DNA of 64,000 nucleotides from Thermoanaerobaculia bacterium (GTDB lineage Bacteria; Acidobacteriota; Thermoanaerobaculia; Multivoradales; JAHEKO01): NCBI GenBank assembly GCA_963781065.1, contig CAWAET010000022.1, positions 29,055 to 93,054 of the forward strand, read 5' to 3'. Shown piece by piece: positions 18,539 to 27,339 of this stretch (position 1 is its first letter; each line of letters starts with the position of its first letter). The notes under the pieces were generated by a model. It saw only the letters and a program-made list of their open reading frames with translations, ran no database searches and was not told where the DNA came from. The position numbers and the translations under genes were made by a program.

Positions 18539-19975
18539 TCATCCCTTGATCACCCCCAGCGGCTTCAGCCGGGCGACCTTGCGGCCGATGCCGGCTCGCT
18601 CGACCACGTCGACCACCTCCGCCACGTCCTTGTAGGCCTCGGGCATCTCCTCGGCTACGGTGCGCATGCCCGCCGCCATGACCACCACGCCGCGCGCCCG
18701 CATCTCGGCCATCAGGTCGCGGCCGCGGGCCGCCTTCTTCGCCTGGTTGCGGCTCATCCGCCGGCCGGCGCCGTGGCAGGTTGAGCCGAAGGTCTCCCGA
18801 TACGCCTTCTTGGTGCCCACCAGCACGTAGGAGTAGCGCCCCATGTCGCCCGGGATCAGCACCGGCTGACCGACATGGCGGTAGGGCGCCGGGGTCTGGG
18901 GATGGCCCGGCGGGTAGGCGCGGGTGGCGCCCTTGCGGTGGACGCAGACCCGCTGCTTGCGGCCGTCGATCTCGAAGGTCTCGAACTTGGCGATGTTGTG
19001 GCAGACGTCGTAGACCACCTCGATCGCCGCCTCCCCGGGCCCTGTCCCGAGGCCGGCGGCGAAGCTCTCGCGCACCCAGTGGGTCATCACCTGACGGTTG
19101 GCGAAGGCGTAGTTGGCCGCCGCCGCCATGGCGCCCAGATAGCGCTTGCCCTCGCTCGAGCCGAGCGGCGCGCAGCAGAGCTGGCGGTCGGGCAGCCGGA
19201 TGCCGTACTTCTCGACCGCTCGCAGCATGACCTTGAGGTGGTCCGAGCAGACCTGGTGGCCGAGGCCGCGCGAGCCCGAGTGCAGCGTGATGGTGATCTG
19301 GTCGAGCCGCAGGCCCAGGGCCGCCGCCGCTACCGGGTCGAAGATCTCGTCGACGGCCTGGATCTCGGCGAAGTGGTTGCCCGAGCCCAGGGTGCCGAGC
19401 TGGCCGGCGCCACGCTCGAGCGCCCGCTCGGAGACCAGCTCGGGCTCGGCTCCCGGCAGCCGGCCGCCCTCCTCGAGGAACTCGAGGTCACGCTTGGTGC
19501 CCAGGCCCCGCTTGACCGCCCAGGCGGCGCCGTGGCCGAGCACCCCGGCGAGCTCGCGCCGGCCCAGGTGCAGGTCGCGGCGCCCGCGGCCGACGCCGGT
19601 CGGGATGTTGCCGTAGAGGGCGGCCACGACCTCCTTCAGCCGTGGCGCCAGGTCCTCGCGGCTCAGCCGCGAGCGCAGCAGGCGGACGCCGCAGTTGATG
19701 TCGTAACCCACTCCACCGGGCGAGACCACGCCCTCGTCGGCGTCCATCGCCGCCACGCCGCCGATGGGAAAGCCGTACCCCCAGTGGATGTCGGGCATCG
19801 CCAGCGAGGCCTCCAGGATGCCCGGCAGCCAGGCCACGTTGGCCACCTGCTCGAGCGCCGGGTCGTGACGCAGGTCCTCCATCAGCCGGTCGTCGGCGTA
19901 GACGATCCCGTCGACCCGCATGCCGCCGGTGCGGGGCAGCCGCCACCGGGTCTCGTCGATCTTCTCGACCTTCAT
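18539..19975 (-). CDS. rtcB: RNA-splicing ligase RtcB
   Basis: Motifs [30 protein letters not shown] and [18 protein letters not shown] lies upstream of the ATG. Confidence 0.9.
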   Translation of the reverse strand: MKVEKIDETRWRLPRTGGMRVDGIVYADDRLMEDLRHDPALEQVANVAWLPGILEASLAMPDIHWGYGFPIGGVAAMDADEGVVSPGGVGYDINCGVRLLRSRLSREDLAPRLKEVVAALYGNIPTGVGRGRRDLHLGRRELAGVLGHGAAWAVKRGLGTKRDLEFLEEGGRLPGAEPELVSERALERGAGQLGTLGSGNHFAEIQAVDEIFDPVAAAALGLRLDQITITLHSGSRGLGHQVCSDHLKVMLRAVEKYGIRLPDRQLCCAPLGSSEGKRYLGAMAAAANYAFANRQVMTHWVRESFAAGLGTGPGEAAIEVVYDVCHNIAKFETFEIDGRKQRVCVHRKGATRAYPPGHPQTPAPYRHVGQPVLIPGDMGRYSYVLVGTKKAYRETFGSTCHGAGRRMSRNQAKKAARGRDLMAEMRARGVVVMAAGMRTVAEEMPEAYKDVAEVVDVVERAGIGRKVARLKPLGVIKG

Positions 19976-20108
19976 CGGCGGTCTCCTCTCCCCAGGAGTC
20001 TAGCCCGGCCTGCGCTCCAACTCTCGACTATGCCGACGTATGTCCCTGAATCTGCGAGACTTCCCTCGGTCGCTCATCCTCGTCGACGCTTGGCGCCTGG
20101 GGCTGTGG

Positions 20109-20534
20109 TCAGATGTCGAAGATGACCCGCGCCCGCCAGCCGTGGTCGGTGCGCTCCACCGACAGGCCGTGGTAGGTGATCGCCTTGATCGCCACCTTGT
20201 GCGGATGGCGCTGCGGGTCGTGCGGCTCGCCGAGGAAATCGCCGGTCAGCCGCGGGCCGGCCGCGCCGCGGTCGACGATCGCCAGCTCGCCGCCGGCCGC
20301 CAGGAAGCCCTCGACCTCGAACAGGTAGAGCGCCTCGCCCAGCCATTCGACGAGCAACAGCTCGAGGTCGGCGGCGACGAGCGTGACCGGGCGGGCGCCG
20401 CTCGGGCGCACCCGGCCGACGTCGGTGATGCAGTCGGTCATTGCCCGCGCGGCCTCGCGGAACAGGCCCTCGAGATCCTCGGCCGTCACCACGACGCCGG
20501 CGTCGGCGGTGTGGTCGAGCGGTTCCCAGGGCAT
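20109..20534 (-). CDS. archease
   Basis: Motifs EPLDHTADAGVVV and VAIKAITYHGLSVE. It lies directly upstream of rtcB. ATG at 20534 preferred over the longer 20573 start. Confidence 0.8.
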   Translation of the reverse strand: MPWEPLDHTADAGVVVTAEDLEGLFREAARAMTDCITDVGRVRPSGARPVTLVAADLELLLVEWLGEALYLFEVEGFLAAGGELAIVDRGAAGPRLTGDFLGEPHDPQRHPHKVAIKAITYHGLSVERTDHGWRARVIFDI

Positions 20535-20606
20535 TGGGGATCCGGCAGCCTGTGGTGCAAGTCGGCGCGCCATCTTGCGGCGGGCCGGTCTGCGGTGTCG
20601 CCGCCG

Positions 20607-21317
20607 CTAGCCGCCTCGCGCCAGCCCGGTCGAGACCTCGCCTACGAGCCCCGCGGCGCCACCCGGCAGCGGCGCCAGCCGGCGCTCGAAGACGGCGGCG
20701 AAATGGCCGGCGCAGAGCTCGGCCGCCGCCGCCGGCTCCACCCGGCGGCCGGTCAGCCGCTCGACCGAGGTCATCCGCACCCCGGCGAGGCCGCACGGCA
20801 CGATGCCGTCGAAGTAGGACAGGTCGGTGGTCAGGTTGAGGGCGAAGCCGTGGGTGGTGAGCCAGCGGCTCAGGTGGACGCCGATCGAGGCGATCTTCGC
20901 CTGCCCCACCCAGACCCCGATCTCCGGCTGGTTGCCGCGCCCCTCGGCCTCCACACCCAGATCGGCCAGGGTGCGCACCAGCACCGCCTGCAGGTCGCGC
21001 ACGTAACGGCGCACGTCGCGCCGGTCCGGGTCGAGGTCGAGGATCGGGTAGCCCACCAGCTGCCCCGGCCCGTGATACGTCACCTGGCCGCCGCGGTCGC
21101 TCTCCTCAACCGTCACCCCGCGCGCCGCCAGCCAGGCGGCGCCGGCGCGCACGTCGGCCCGGTCGGCGCTGCGCCCCAGGGTGTAGACGTGCTCGTGCTC
21201 GAGCAGCAGCAGGTGCTCGGGGCCGCCGGCGCGCAGGCGGTCGCGCAATCGTTCCTGCAGCTCGACGGCGGCTCGATAGTCGAGCCGGCCCAGGAAGCCG
21301 TGGCGTAGCTCTCTCAT
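20607..21317 (-). CDS. lipB: lipoyl(octanoyl) transferase
   Basis: Motifs EHEHVYTLGR, RGGQVTYHGPGQLVGYPI, KIASIGV and PCGL. ATG at 21315-21317. Confidence 0.85.
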   Translation of the reverse strand: MRELRHGFLGRLDYRAAVELQERLRDRLRAGGPEHLLLLEHEHVYTLGRSADRADVRAGAAWLAARGVTVEESDRGGQVTYHGPGQLVGYPILDLDPDRRDVRRYVRDLQAVLVRTLADLGVEAEGRGNQPEIGVWVGQAKIASIGVHLSRWLTTHGFALNLTTDLSYFDGIVPCGLAGVRMTSVERLTGRRVEPAAAAELCAGHFAAVFERRLAPLPGGAAGLVGEVSTGLARGG

Positions 21318-21469
21318 CTCGATGGCCCGCAGGCGCCCGCGGCGATCCGCTCCGGCGGGCCTGCTCGCGCTTTGATGGTAGCAACCCACAGGGCCCGCAG
21401 GGCGGAGCGGGAGATGCCGCGGCGGCCAGCCGGCGGCGGGCCGGGGCGACGGCGAGCGGCGGTCGACCG

Positions 21470-21635
21470 CTAGTGTAGTGTCTCCGACTTGCCTTGCCGT
21501 ATGGGCGAGCTAGCGGCGTCGCTGGCAAGGCGCGCTGACGCAGGCATAGCCGAGCCTATGTCGAGGAAGCGCAACGCCGCCAGCGGCGTCGATAGCCGTC
21601 CAGCCGGTAAGGCGAAGTCGGAGACACTTCACTAG
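21470..21635. ncRNA. 166-nt rod-like inverted-repeat element: candidate 6S-type RNA or, alternatively, a MITE
   Basis: The ends pair over about 30 positions: CTAGTG(T)AGTGTCTCCGACTT-GCCTTGCCG versus CGGTAAGGCGAAGTCGGAGACACT(T)CACTAG, including a 14-bp perfect core. Internal helices are GGCGTCGCTGGC/GCCAGCGGCGTC and an apical hairpin GGCATAG-ccgagc-CTATGTC. CTAG is present at both termini. Confidence 0.35.
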
Positions 21636-21636
21636 C

Positions 21637-22224
21637 TTGCGACTGCTGTTACACTGCCGCAGCAAGGCACACCGAGGGTCGGTCGCTTTGAGTCTGGGGA
21701 ACACCGCACCGGAACGCGCTCTCGAGCGCTCGCTGGACGAGCTCCGGCCCCGCCTGCGTCGGCTCTTCGCCCACCACCGGATCCCGCCCGAGGACGCCGA
21801 GGACATCCTGCAGCAGACCCTGCTGGCCTACCTCTACAAGCGCGACTCGGTGCAGGACTTCGACAAGTGGCTGCTGGGCGCGGTGCGCAACCGCTGCCTG
21901 ATGTACCTGCGCGGCCACCGGCGGCGCTTCTACACCGCCATCGACGCGGCGATCCTCGACGAGCTGGCCGAGCAGGGCGTGCCGCCGCAGGAGCAGAACG
22001 ACTTCCAGCGCGACCTCAGCCGCGTCGTCGGCCAGCTGACCGCCAAGTGCCGCGAGCTCCTCGAGCTGCGCTTCGGCCTCGGCTACGACCCGCCGGAGGC
22101 GGCCCGCCGCCTGGGCTACCGGCCCTCCGGCATCTACAAGACGATCGAGCGCTGCCTGGCGGCGCTGGCCCGCGGCATGACCGAGGCGGGGCTGGTGGAG
22201 CGGCGCGAGCCGCCGGGCGAGTAG
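21637..22224 (+). CDS. ECF-type RNA polymerase sigma-70 family factor
   Basis: Region 2 (EDAEDILQQTLLAYLYK...WLLGAVRNRCLMYLR) and region 4 (CRELLELRFGLGYDPPEAARRLGYRPSGIYKTIERC). The true start may be an internal TTG/CTG near 21688. Confidence 0.8.
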   Translation: MRLLLHCRSKAHRGSVALSLGNTAPERALERSLDELRPRLRRLFAHHRIPPEDAEDILQQTLLAYLYKRDSVQDFDKWLLGAVRNRCLMYLRGHRRRFYTAIDAAILDELAEQGVPPQEQNDFQRDLSRVVGQLTAKCRELLELRFGLGYDPPEAARRLGYRPSGIYKTIERCLAALARGMTEAGLVERREPPGE

Positions 22225-22226
22225 CG

Positions 22227-22249
22227 GCGGGCCCTCAGAGAAGGCCCGC
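22227..22249 (+). terminator. weak hairpin after the sigma-factor gene (GCGGGCC-ctcagagaa-GGCCCGC)
   Basis: 7-bp GC stem 3 nt after the stop codon. No T-tract follows. Confidence 0.3.
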
Positions 22250-22286
22250 GATCAAGCCGTAGCGGTCCGCCGCGCCGTCTTGGGCG

Positions 22287-22391
22287 CTACTCCGCGGCCT
22301 CGGGCTCAGAGATCCGATAGCGCGAGAGATCCTCGAGATCGCCGTTGAAGGTGTCGAGGTCGACCTCACCATCGATGCACCCGCGCGAGAG
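22287..22391 (-). pseudogene. C-terminal remnant of a GH25 muramidase paralogue
   Basis: The minus strand reads LSRGCIDGEVDLDTFNGDLEDLSRYRISEPEAAE* with a TGA immediately upstream. It parallels GIVGDVDLDTFNGGLERLAGLRI of the intact GH25 gene. A 24-nt identical core GCCGTTGAAGGTGTCGAGGTCGAC occurs at 22341-22364 and 25951-25974. Confidence 0.45.
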
Positions 22392-22503
22392 TCAGCGCGG
22401 CCCGCGGTCCGGCCCCGAGTCGCCGAGTGCACGCGTGATGTTGCTGGCTTCCGCAAGCACCGGCGTCAGCGCCGGGCCTATCTGAGCCCGTTCCGATCGA
22501 AAC

Positions 22504-22509
22504 TATAAT
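22504..22509 (+). promoter_or_regulatory. perfect TATAAT hexamer upstream of the island gene (candidate -10, poor -35)
   Basis: aaacTATAATgg lies in an otherwise GC-rich context, about 140 nt upstream of the 22648 ATG. Confidence 0.2.
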
Positions 22510-22647
22510 GGACACAGTACGAGCGACCCGAATTGCTCCAGTCCTTGCACATCGTGCTCGATGCCCGAGTGCGGATCAGCAGCACATGTTGCTGTTCTTC
22601 CAGTTCGCCCCCGCACCGTTGGACGGGGGTTCAGCTGGGCGGCCTGT

Positions 22648-24069
22648 ATGAAGGTCCTTGACACCTTGCGAGTGCTGGTCACTGAGCCAGTCGATCCGTC
22701 CCGTGTCGGCTACAAGTGGTTGACCCCAGCGCTGCGGGCGTTGGAGTGCGACGCCATGCCAATGCCAACGCTCGCCGCCGTGCAGCTGCTGGGCCCCGGC
22801 GGCTACCGCTCGATGCTGCGCCGTGTGGTCGAAGAGTGGCTGCCACACGTCCTGTTGATTCGCCCCCCCCTTGATTTCCTCGACGCCCAGACCAGCAACG
22901 CCATTCGCAACTTGGGGACCCAAATCGTGGGTCTGACTCGTCCGGCCGGGATACATCCCCCTTGGAGCGACCTGCAATTCGAGGACCTGCGCAGTAGACT
23001 CGACGCGTGGCTGACGCCCGAGCCACACCGTGCCGCGCTTCGCGCAGGAGCCCGTCTGGTGCGATGGGCCGCCGCGCCGGCCAGTGTCGAAACGGTTGAA
23101 GACCCGGCCGCGCCGCAATTCCAGGTCGCGATCGTGGCACCGGCCACCGAGGAACGCGCCGCCCTGGCTCGGGCGCTCGCAGCTGAGGTGGGGCTCAAGG
23201 TCGGCTGTTTCGGCCCCGGGTGGGCTGCCGGGCCATTGACGCACCAAAGCCGGATCGGCCTGCTCCGCCGAGCGGCAGTCGTGGTCACCTTCACCGAGCG
23301 AATTGGCCTGATCGACAGCACCTTCTTCGAAGCGGCGCAGCTTGGCAAGTTGCAGGTCGTAGAGTGGTGCGCAGACCTCGCGCGCTACGTGCCCACCGGT
23401 GGCAACCTCGCCACTTTCGTGACATCCCACGATTGCATGACCCGGCTTCGCGGGTGGCAGTCCCTGCCGCTCTGGACCGCCGTCCCGCCCCTACGGGAGG
23501 TATGGGCGTCATGGGTCGAAGGCCTCGAGCGGCCCGACCTACCAGACCGACAGTCGAGTCCTGCTCTGGCCCAGCTCTACGCGTCGCTGACCCACGTCTA
23601 CGAGGCACGGAATCTCCTCTTGCAAGCGATATCCTGTGCCGAGTCCTGGGCGATCATGGCGCCCGACGATCCCGATCCCCATGTTGCCCGAGCGCGATGC
23701 CACGCGGCTCGGGCGGAGTGGCGAGCGGCCCTGCAAGCCACCAATGGACTCCGGTCCCGGCTGCGGGGAACTGTCCCAGTCGCATCCTCGGACCAACACG
23801 CCTTCCTTCGGCCTGCGTGGACGGGAACGGCCCTTGGGAAGTCGCGCGCTGTGGACCCGACGGTCGACCTCTCGGTGCTTCGACTTACCGCGTTCGTGGC
23901 GCTCGATCAGGTCGCCGCTGCACTGCACGACGTAAGTGGAATGACGGTGCGACATCGTGCGGCGGTCGCGCAAGCGTACGAAACACTCTGGAGCAATCCC
24001 GACTCGGTCAGGGTCTACGAGGCCCTCTCTTCAAACGAGCCCGTCGAAGGCCCACCTCAGCAGACCTAG
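22648..24069 (+). CDS. hypothetical protein, possible CgeB/DUF3880-like glycosyltransferase fold with a helical C-terminal region
   Basis: Reduced G+C and coding-like composition. MKVLDTLRVLV is a Rossmann-like start, and a later block reads VAIVAP...GCFGPGW...FFEAAQLGKLQVV. Family assignment is weak. An alternative ATG lies at 22561. Confidence 0.5.
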   Translation: MKVLDTLRVLVTEPVDPSRVGYKWLTPALRALECDAMPMPTLAAVQLLGPGGYRSMLRRVVEEWLPHVLLIRPPLDFLDAQTSNAIRNLGTQIVGLTRPAGIHPPWSDLQFEDLRSRLDAWLTPEPHRAALRAGARLVRWAAAPASVETVEDPAAPQFQVAIVAPATEERAALARALAAEVGLKVGCFGPGWAAGPLTHQSRIGLLRRAAVVVTFTERIGLIDSTFFEAAQLGKLQVVEWCADLARYVPTGGNLATFVTSHDCMTRLRGWQSLPLWTAVPPLREVWASWVEGLERPDLPDRQSSPALAQLYASLTHVYEARNLLLQAISCAESWAIMAPDDPDPHVARARCHAARAEWRAALQATNGLRSRLRGTVPVASSDQHAFLRPAWTGTALGKSRAVDPTVDLSVLRLTAFVALDQVAAALHDVSGMTVRHRAAVAQAYETLWSNPDSVRVYEALSSNEPVEGPPQQT

Positions 24070-25601
24070 GAGTTGGGGTCGCTGTCCTGGCCAGCGACGG
24101 GTGCCGCAGGCGCCGCAGGTGTCTCGGATGCCGCAGGTGCCGCAGGTGTCTCGGCGCCGGGGCCGTCGCCTACGCCAGTCACATACTTGCGCGGGAGGTA
24201 CTTGTTGACCCACATCTTGGCAAGTTCGAGGCCGTCGATGGGCTTGATGTAATACGTAATCGGGACGCCAGCCTTGCCGGCAATGCACTTCTCAATGTAG
24301 TCCTCGAAGGCCGTCATGGCCGTGTTGATGTCGATGACCTTGTTCTTGCCGGCCTGGAGCTCGCCGAGTCCGCTGACGACGCTCTTGATCTCATTGTTGC
24401 GAAACGACTCCATCTGCGCACCGGTTCGCGCCCGAGTCGCTGCCTCGGCCACCGACGCCTGGTCCGCCTGCGTAGCGTTGGCGAGTGTCGCCAACTGTCC
24501 CATCATCTTGGCGGGATCGAAATCGGCAAACTGCTTCACGCCCACCTGGACCTCATTGGCCACGATCGACGGGATAACCCCCATGCACACTATGCTGGCG
24601 TGCGCGTTGATTTGCTGCGTGCTCAGCAACTGCTTGGCGCTGTTCGAGAACGACGAATCTACGCCGAAGCCGCCGCTGACCGACGCGAACCATGAACCCA
24701 CCTCCATGGACTCCTGGAGGCTGGCAGCAACGGAGGTCAAGCTCTGCTTGGTGTCGGTCTGCGAAGTCGACTCGATGTTGATCAGCGCTACGAAACTGGA
24801 GCCATAGGTCGCTCCGGACAAGATCTTCATCACGGCTGGCGTCTTCTGTCCGTTCTGCGTCGCCTGGACGATCTCAGCTACGCCCGCGGGAGTGCTCGGG
24901 TCGAGGTGCGGCGTGAGCCCCATCGCATTCCACACGTCGATGGCTTTGTCGACGTCGATCACGCACGGAGCCAGCAGGACGGCGTCTTGCTGCGTCGTCG
25001 AGGCCGAGAGGACGAGGGTTCCATCCAGCGAGTGCAGCTCGTGGCTCTGGGACATCTGATTCTGAACGGCCGTCGTGATCTGGGTGCTGTACTTGTCCCC
25101 GAGATACGACAAAGAAGCTCCGATGGAACCCTTGATGTTGTCGATGTGGTCTTGGGCCGACTGCGATTCCTGATCGAACGAGAAGTACTGAGCGTTCGCC
25201 TGCAGCGAATCCGCCGACAATGGCATCCGCTTGATCTGGGTCTTGACGTAGTCGAGTGGGCTCTCGTAGGAGTCGTTGACCCCAGGAGGCGTCCCGATCC
25301 GAGCCAACTGGGGTGCGGCCGCCGCCGCTGCGGCACCGTAGGCAACAGCTGCGTCATTCACCGCCTTCTTGATATTTGCTACCTGTGTATTGAAAGCGGC
25401 TGACAACTCAACTCCGGCCTGAGTGAGCTCGGTGGCGGTCATATCAAGGCTACGATCCAGCGCAATCATGCGATTCAGTGCCGCCTGCGCCTCGTCAACC
25501 GGCGCCTGCACGCTCGCGATGGCCTCGAGTTGCGTCAGTATGGCCGGGGGCACCAGATTACCCAGCGCGAGCGCCGGCGAGTAGGGAATCGATTGGGGCA
25601 T
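24066..25601 (-). CDS. hypothetical protein with motif-level resemblance to MACPF/CDC-superfamily pore-forming proteins
   Basis: GGAGG lies 7 nt upstream of the ATG. Hand counts give 54-60% G+C. SGATYGSSFVALINIESTSQTD resembles the YG[TS]x[FY]V strand of MACPF/CDC. Flanking regions are Ser/Thr/Gln-rich and amphipathic. KAGVPITYYIKPIDG resembles the CDC segment AYPISYTSVFLKD. No signal peptide. The C-terminal tail is Pro/Ala-rich. Confidence 0.6.
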   Translation of the reverse strand: MPQSIPYSPALALGNLVPPAILTQLEAIASVQAPVDEAQAALNRMIALDRSLDMTATELTQAGVELSAAFNTQVANIKKAVNDAAVAYGAAAAAAAPQLARIGTPPGVNDSYESPLDYVKTQIKRMPLSADSLQANAQYFSFDQESQSAQDHIDNIKGSIGASLSYLGDKYSTQITTAVQNQMSQSHELHSLDGTLVLSASTTQQDAVLLAPCVIDVDKAIDVWNAMGLTPHLDPSTPAGVAEIVQATQNGQKTPAVMKILSGATYGSSFVALINIESTSQTDTKQSLTSVAASLQESMEVGSWFASVSGGFGVDSSFSNSAKQLLSTQQINAHASIVCMGVIPSIVANEVQVGVKQFADFDPAKMMGQLATLANATQADQASVAEAATRARTGAQMESFRNNEIKSVVSGLGELQAGKNKVIDINTAMTAFEDYIEKCIAGKAGVPITYYIKPIDGLELAKMWVNKYLPRKYVTGVGDGPGAETPAAPAASETPAAPAAPVAGQDSDPNS

Positions 25602-25896
25602 GCTATGTCCTCCAGAGCGTCATTGCTTGCGGATACCTTCGGCGTTCGTGAACGTACGAGCCGCAGACCTTGCCTTGCGCCGCAACCTTCACAAGACGAG
25701 ATTAGGCTATAAGGAGGGACTCGGGTATCAGGCGAGGACTCTTAATTCTTGGATCGGGGAATCCCCTATTTCTCTGGGAGGCCAGCTTTGGCTGACAAGA
25801 TCCCCAATCGCCCGCACGGCTCTCGCGAGCCGAAGCACCCAGCGTCGGGCCCAGCCGGCGCGGCAACCTTGGCGCCGCCCACCTACCAGGCGATGT

Positions 25897-26676
25897 CTAC
25901 TGACCCGGGCCAGGGCTCGCGATCCGCAAGCCCGCAAGCCTCTCGAGGCCGCCGTTGAAGGTGTCGAGGTCGACGTCCCCGACGATCCCCGGCACGCTGC
26001 CGCTCTCGCTGTGCTGCCAGATCACCCACTCGTCCCAGCCCTTGGGCAGGGGCGGGCTGTCGACCTCGTAGGCAGCCACCCACAGCGGATAGTCGCCGAA
26101 CGAGTCGTCCAGGTGCTCGTCCCAGAAGTAGGGGTCGGTGTAGATGATCGGCTTGACCCCGAAGTGCTTCTCCATCAGCTCGAGGTAGGTGTGGAAGTCG
26201 GCGATCAGGTCCGCCGGCGCCGCGGCGCCGATGCTGGCCTGCTCGATGTCGACCATCGGCACCATATCGCCCGGCTCGAGCGTCACCAGACTGGCGAAGG
26301 TCTCGACCTGGGCCGCCGGCGAGTCGTCGGCGACGTAGAAGTCGTAGGCCCCGCGCACCACCCCCACCTCCTTCATGCCGGACCAGTTGGCCGCGAAGTT
26401 GGCGTCATGGATCGTCTCCCCTTCGAGCGCCTGGGCGAAGGCAAACACGACACCACTCGCCTTGACCGCCTGCCAATCGATCTCGCCCTGGAACTGGGAG
26501 ACGTCGATGCCGGGCAGTTGACCGGGGGGCGCGGCTGCGGTTGCCTCGGTGTCCAAAGGAGCAGCCGTCTCGGTCACTGCCGGCGCGGGCGCACAGGCCA
26601 GCAGGGCTACTTGCAGCACACACCAACCCGTCACGAAGGCACGAGGCCGGCCACTGCCGTGAGATCCGATCTTCAT
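25897..26676 (-). CDS. GH25 family muramidase (lysozyme), lipoprotein-type signal
   Basis: GIDVSQFQGEIDWQAVKASGVVFAF and RGAYDFY are GH25 hallmarks. Lipobox-like VALLAC. Confidence 0.85.
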   Translation of the reverse strand: MKIGSHGSGRPRAFVTGWCVLQVALLACAPAPAVTETAAPLDTEATAAAPPGQLPGIDVSQFQGEIDWQAVKASGVVFAFAQALEGETIHDANFAANWSGMKEVGVVRGAYDFYVADDSPAAQVETFASLVTLEPGDMVPMVDIEQASIGAAAPADLIADFHTYLELMEKHFGVKPIIYTDPYFWDEHLDDSFGDYPLWVAAYEVDSPPLPKGWDEWVIWQHSESGSVPGIVGDVDLDTFNGGLERLAGLRIASPGPGQ

Positions 26677-26949
26677 TCCAGAGTTCCTTTCCTACTGGTT
26701 CTAACCGAAACTATCTCGCGTCAGGTAGCGCACCGCAATCGGGGATTCCCCCATGCCCAGCTGGTAGGAACCTCGCCGTCGCCGCCACGGGCCCTGGCGA
26801 ATCGACGCTCGTGATCCAGGGGCTGCTAACGGCGTGCGGTTCAGCCACAGCCGGCCGCGTCCCTCCCCTCCCTCCGGCCACCGGGCGCGGGCCCGATCGA
26901 CGGAGGACGTCCTGCCACTGCGGGCATCGCGCGCTCATCGGCGTGCTTC

Positions 26950-27339
26950 CTACGACATCGGGCGGATCGGAATACCCAAGGCCCGCGCCGCCGCGGCAAG
27001 CCGCCGATCGTAGGTCGCCAGCGAGATCTCGTGGCCTCTCTCGCGCAGGAACTCGAGCGACGCAAGGTGCAGCGCATCGAGGGTGCGAACGGGGACCGGA
27101 AACGGCTCGAGCGCCCTCGCAAGCACTTCTGGGGCGAGCTCGAGCAAGGCCACGCGGCCAACGAGAAGGCGCGTCGCTTCGCCGTGGCTCTCGGCGAGTC
27201 CCCGAGCGTGGATACGATTCCAGACCTCGTACTCGAGGATCCGGCTCGCGACGAGTGTCTCCTCCCAGAGCGCCGGCTGGGGCGCTCGGTCCTCGGCCAG
27301 CAGCTGCGCCAGCAACACGGAGGTATCGAGGTAGATCAC
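26950..27339 (-). CDS. vapC: PIN-domain toxin (VapC-type)
   Basis: MIYLDTSVLLA starts the ORF, with conserved acidic residues later (TLDALHLASL). 4-nt overlap with the antitoxin gene. Confidence 0.85.
   Translation of the reverse strand: MIYLDTSVLLAQLLAEDRAPQPALWEETLVASRILEYEVWNRIHARGLAESHGEATRLLVGRVALLELAPEVLARALEPFPVPVRTLDALHLASLEFLRERGHEISLATYDRRLAAAARALGIPIRPMS

Noticed and set aside
22235-22456. ORF 22235..22456 (-) of 73 aa in the region left of the island.
   Set aside because: It is in a different frame from the GH25-like remnant, has Arg/Ser/Ala-rich composition and matches no motifs. The GH25 remnant frame explains the region better.
25753-26752. GGGGAATCCCC (about 25755) and GGGGATTCCCC (about 26741) bracket the GH25 gene as an 11-nt inverted pair.
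   Set aside because: The motifs are short and each is itself nearly palindromic. Nothing else suggests a mobile cassette: there are no further terminal repeats, no target duplication and no recombinase.
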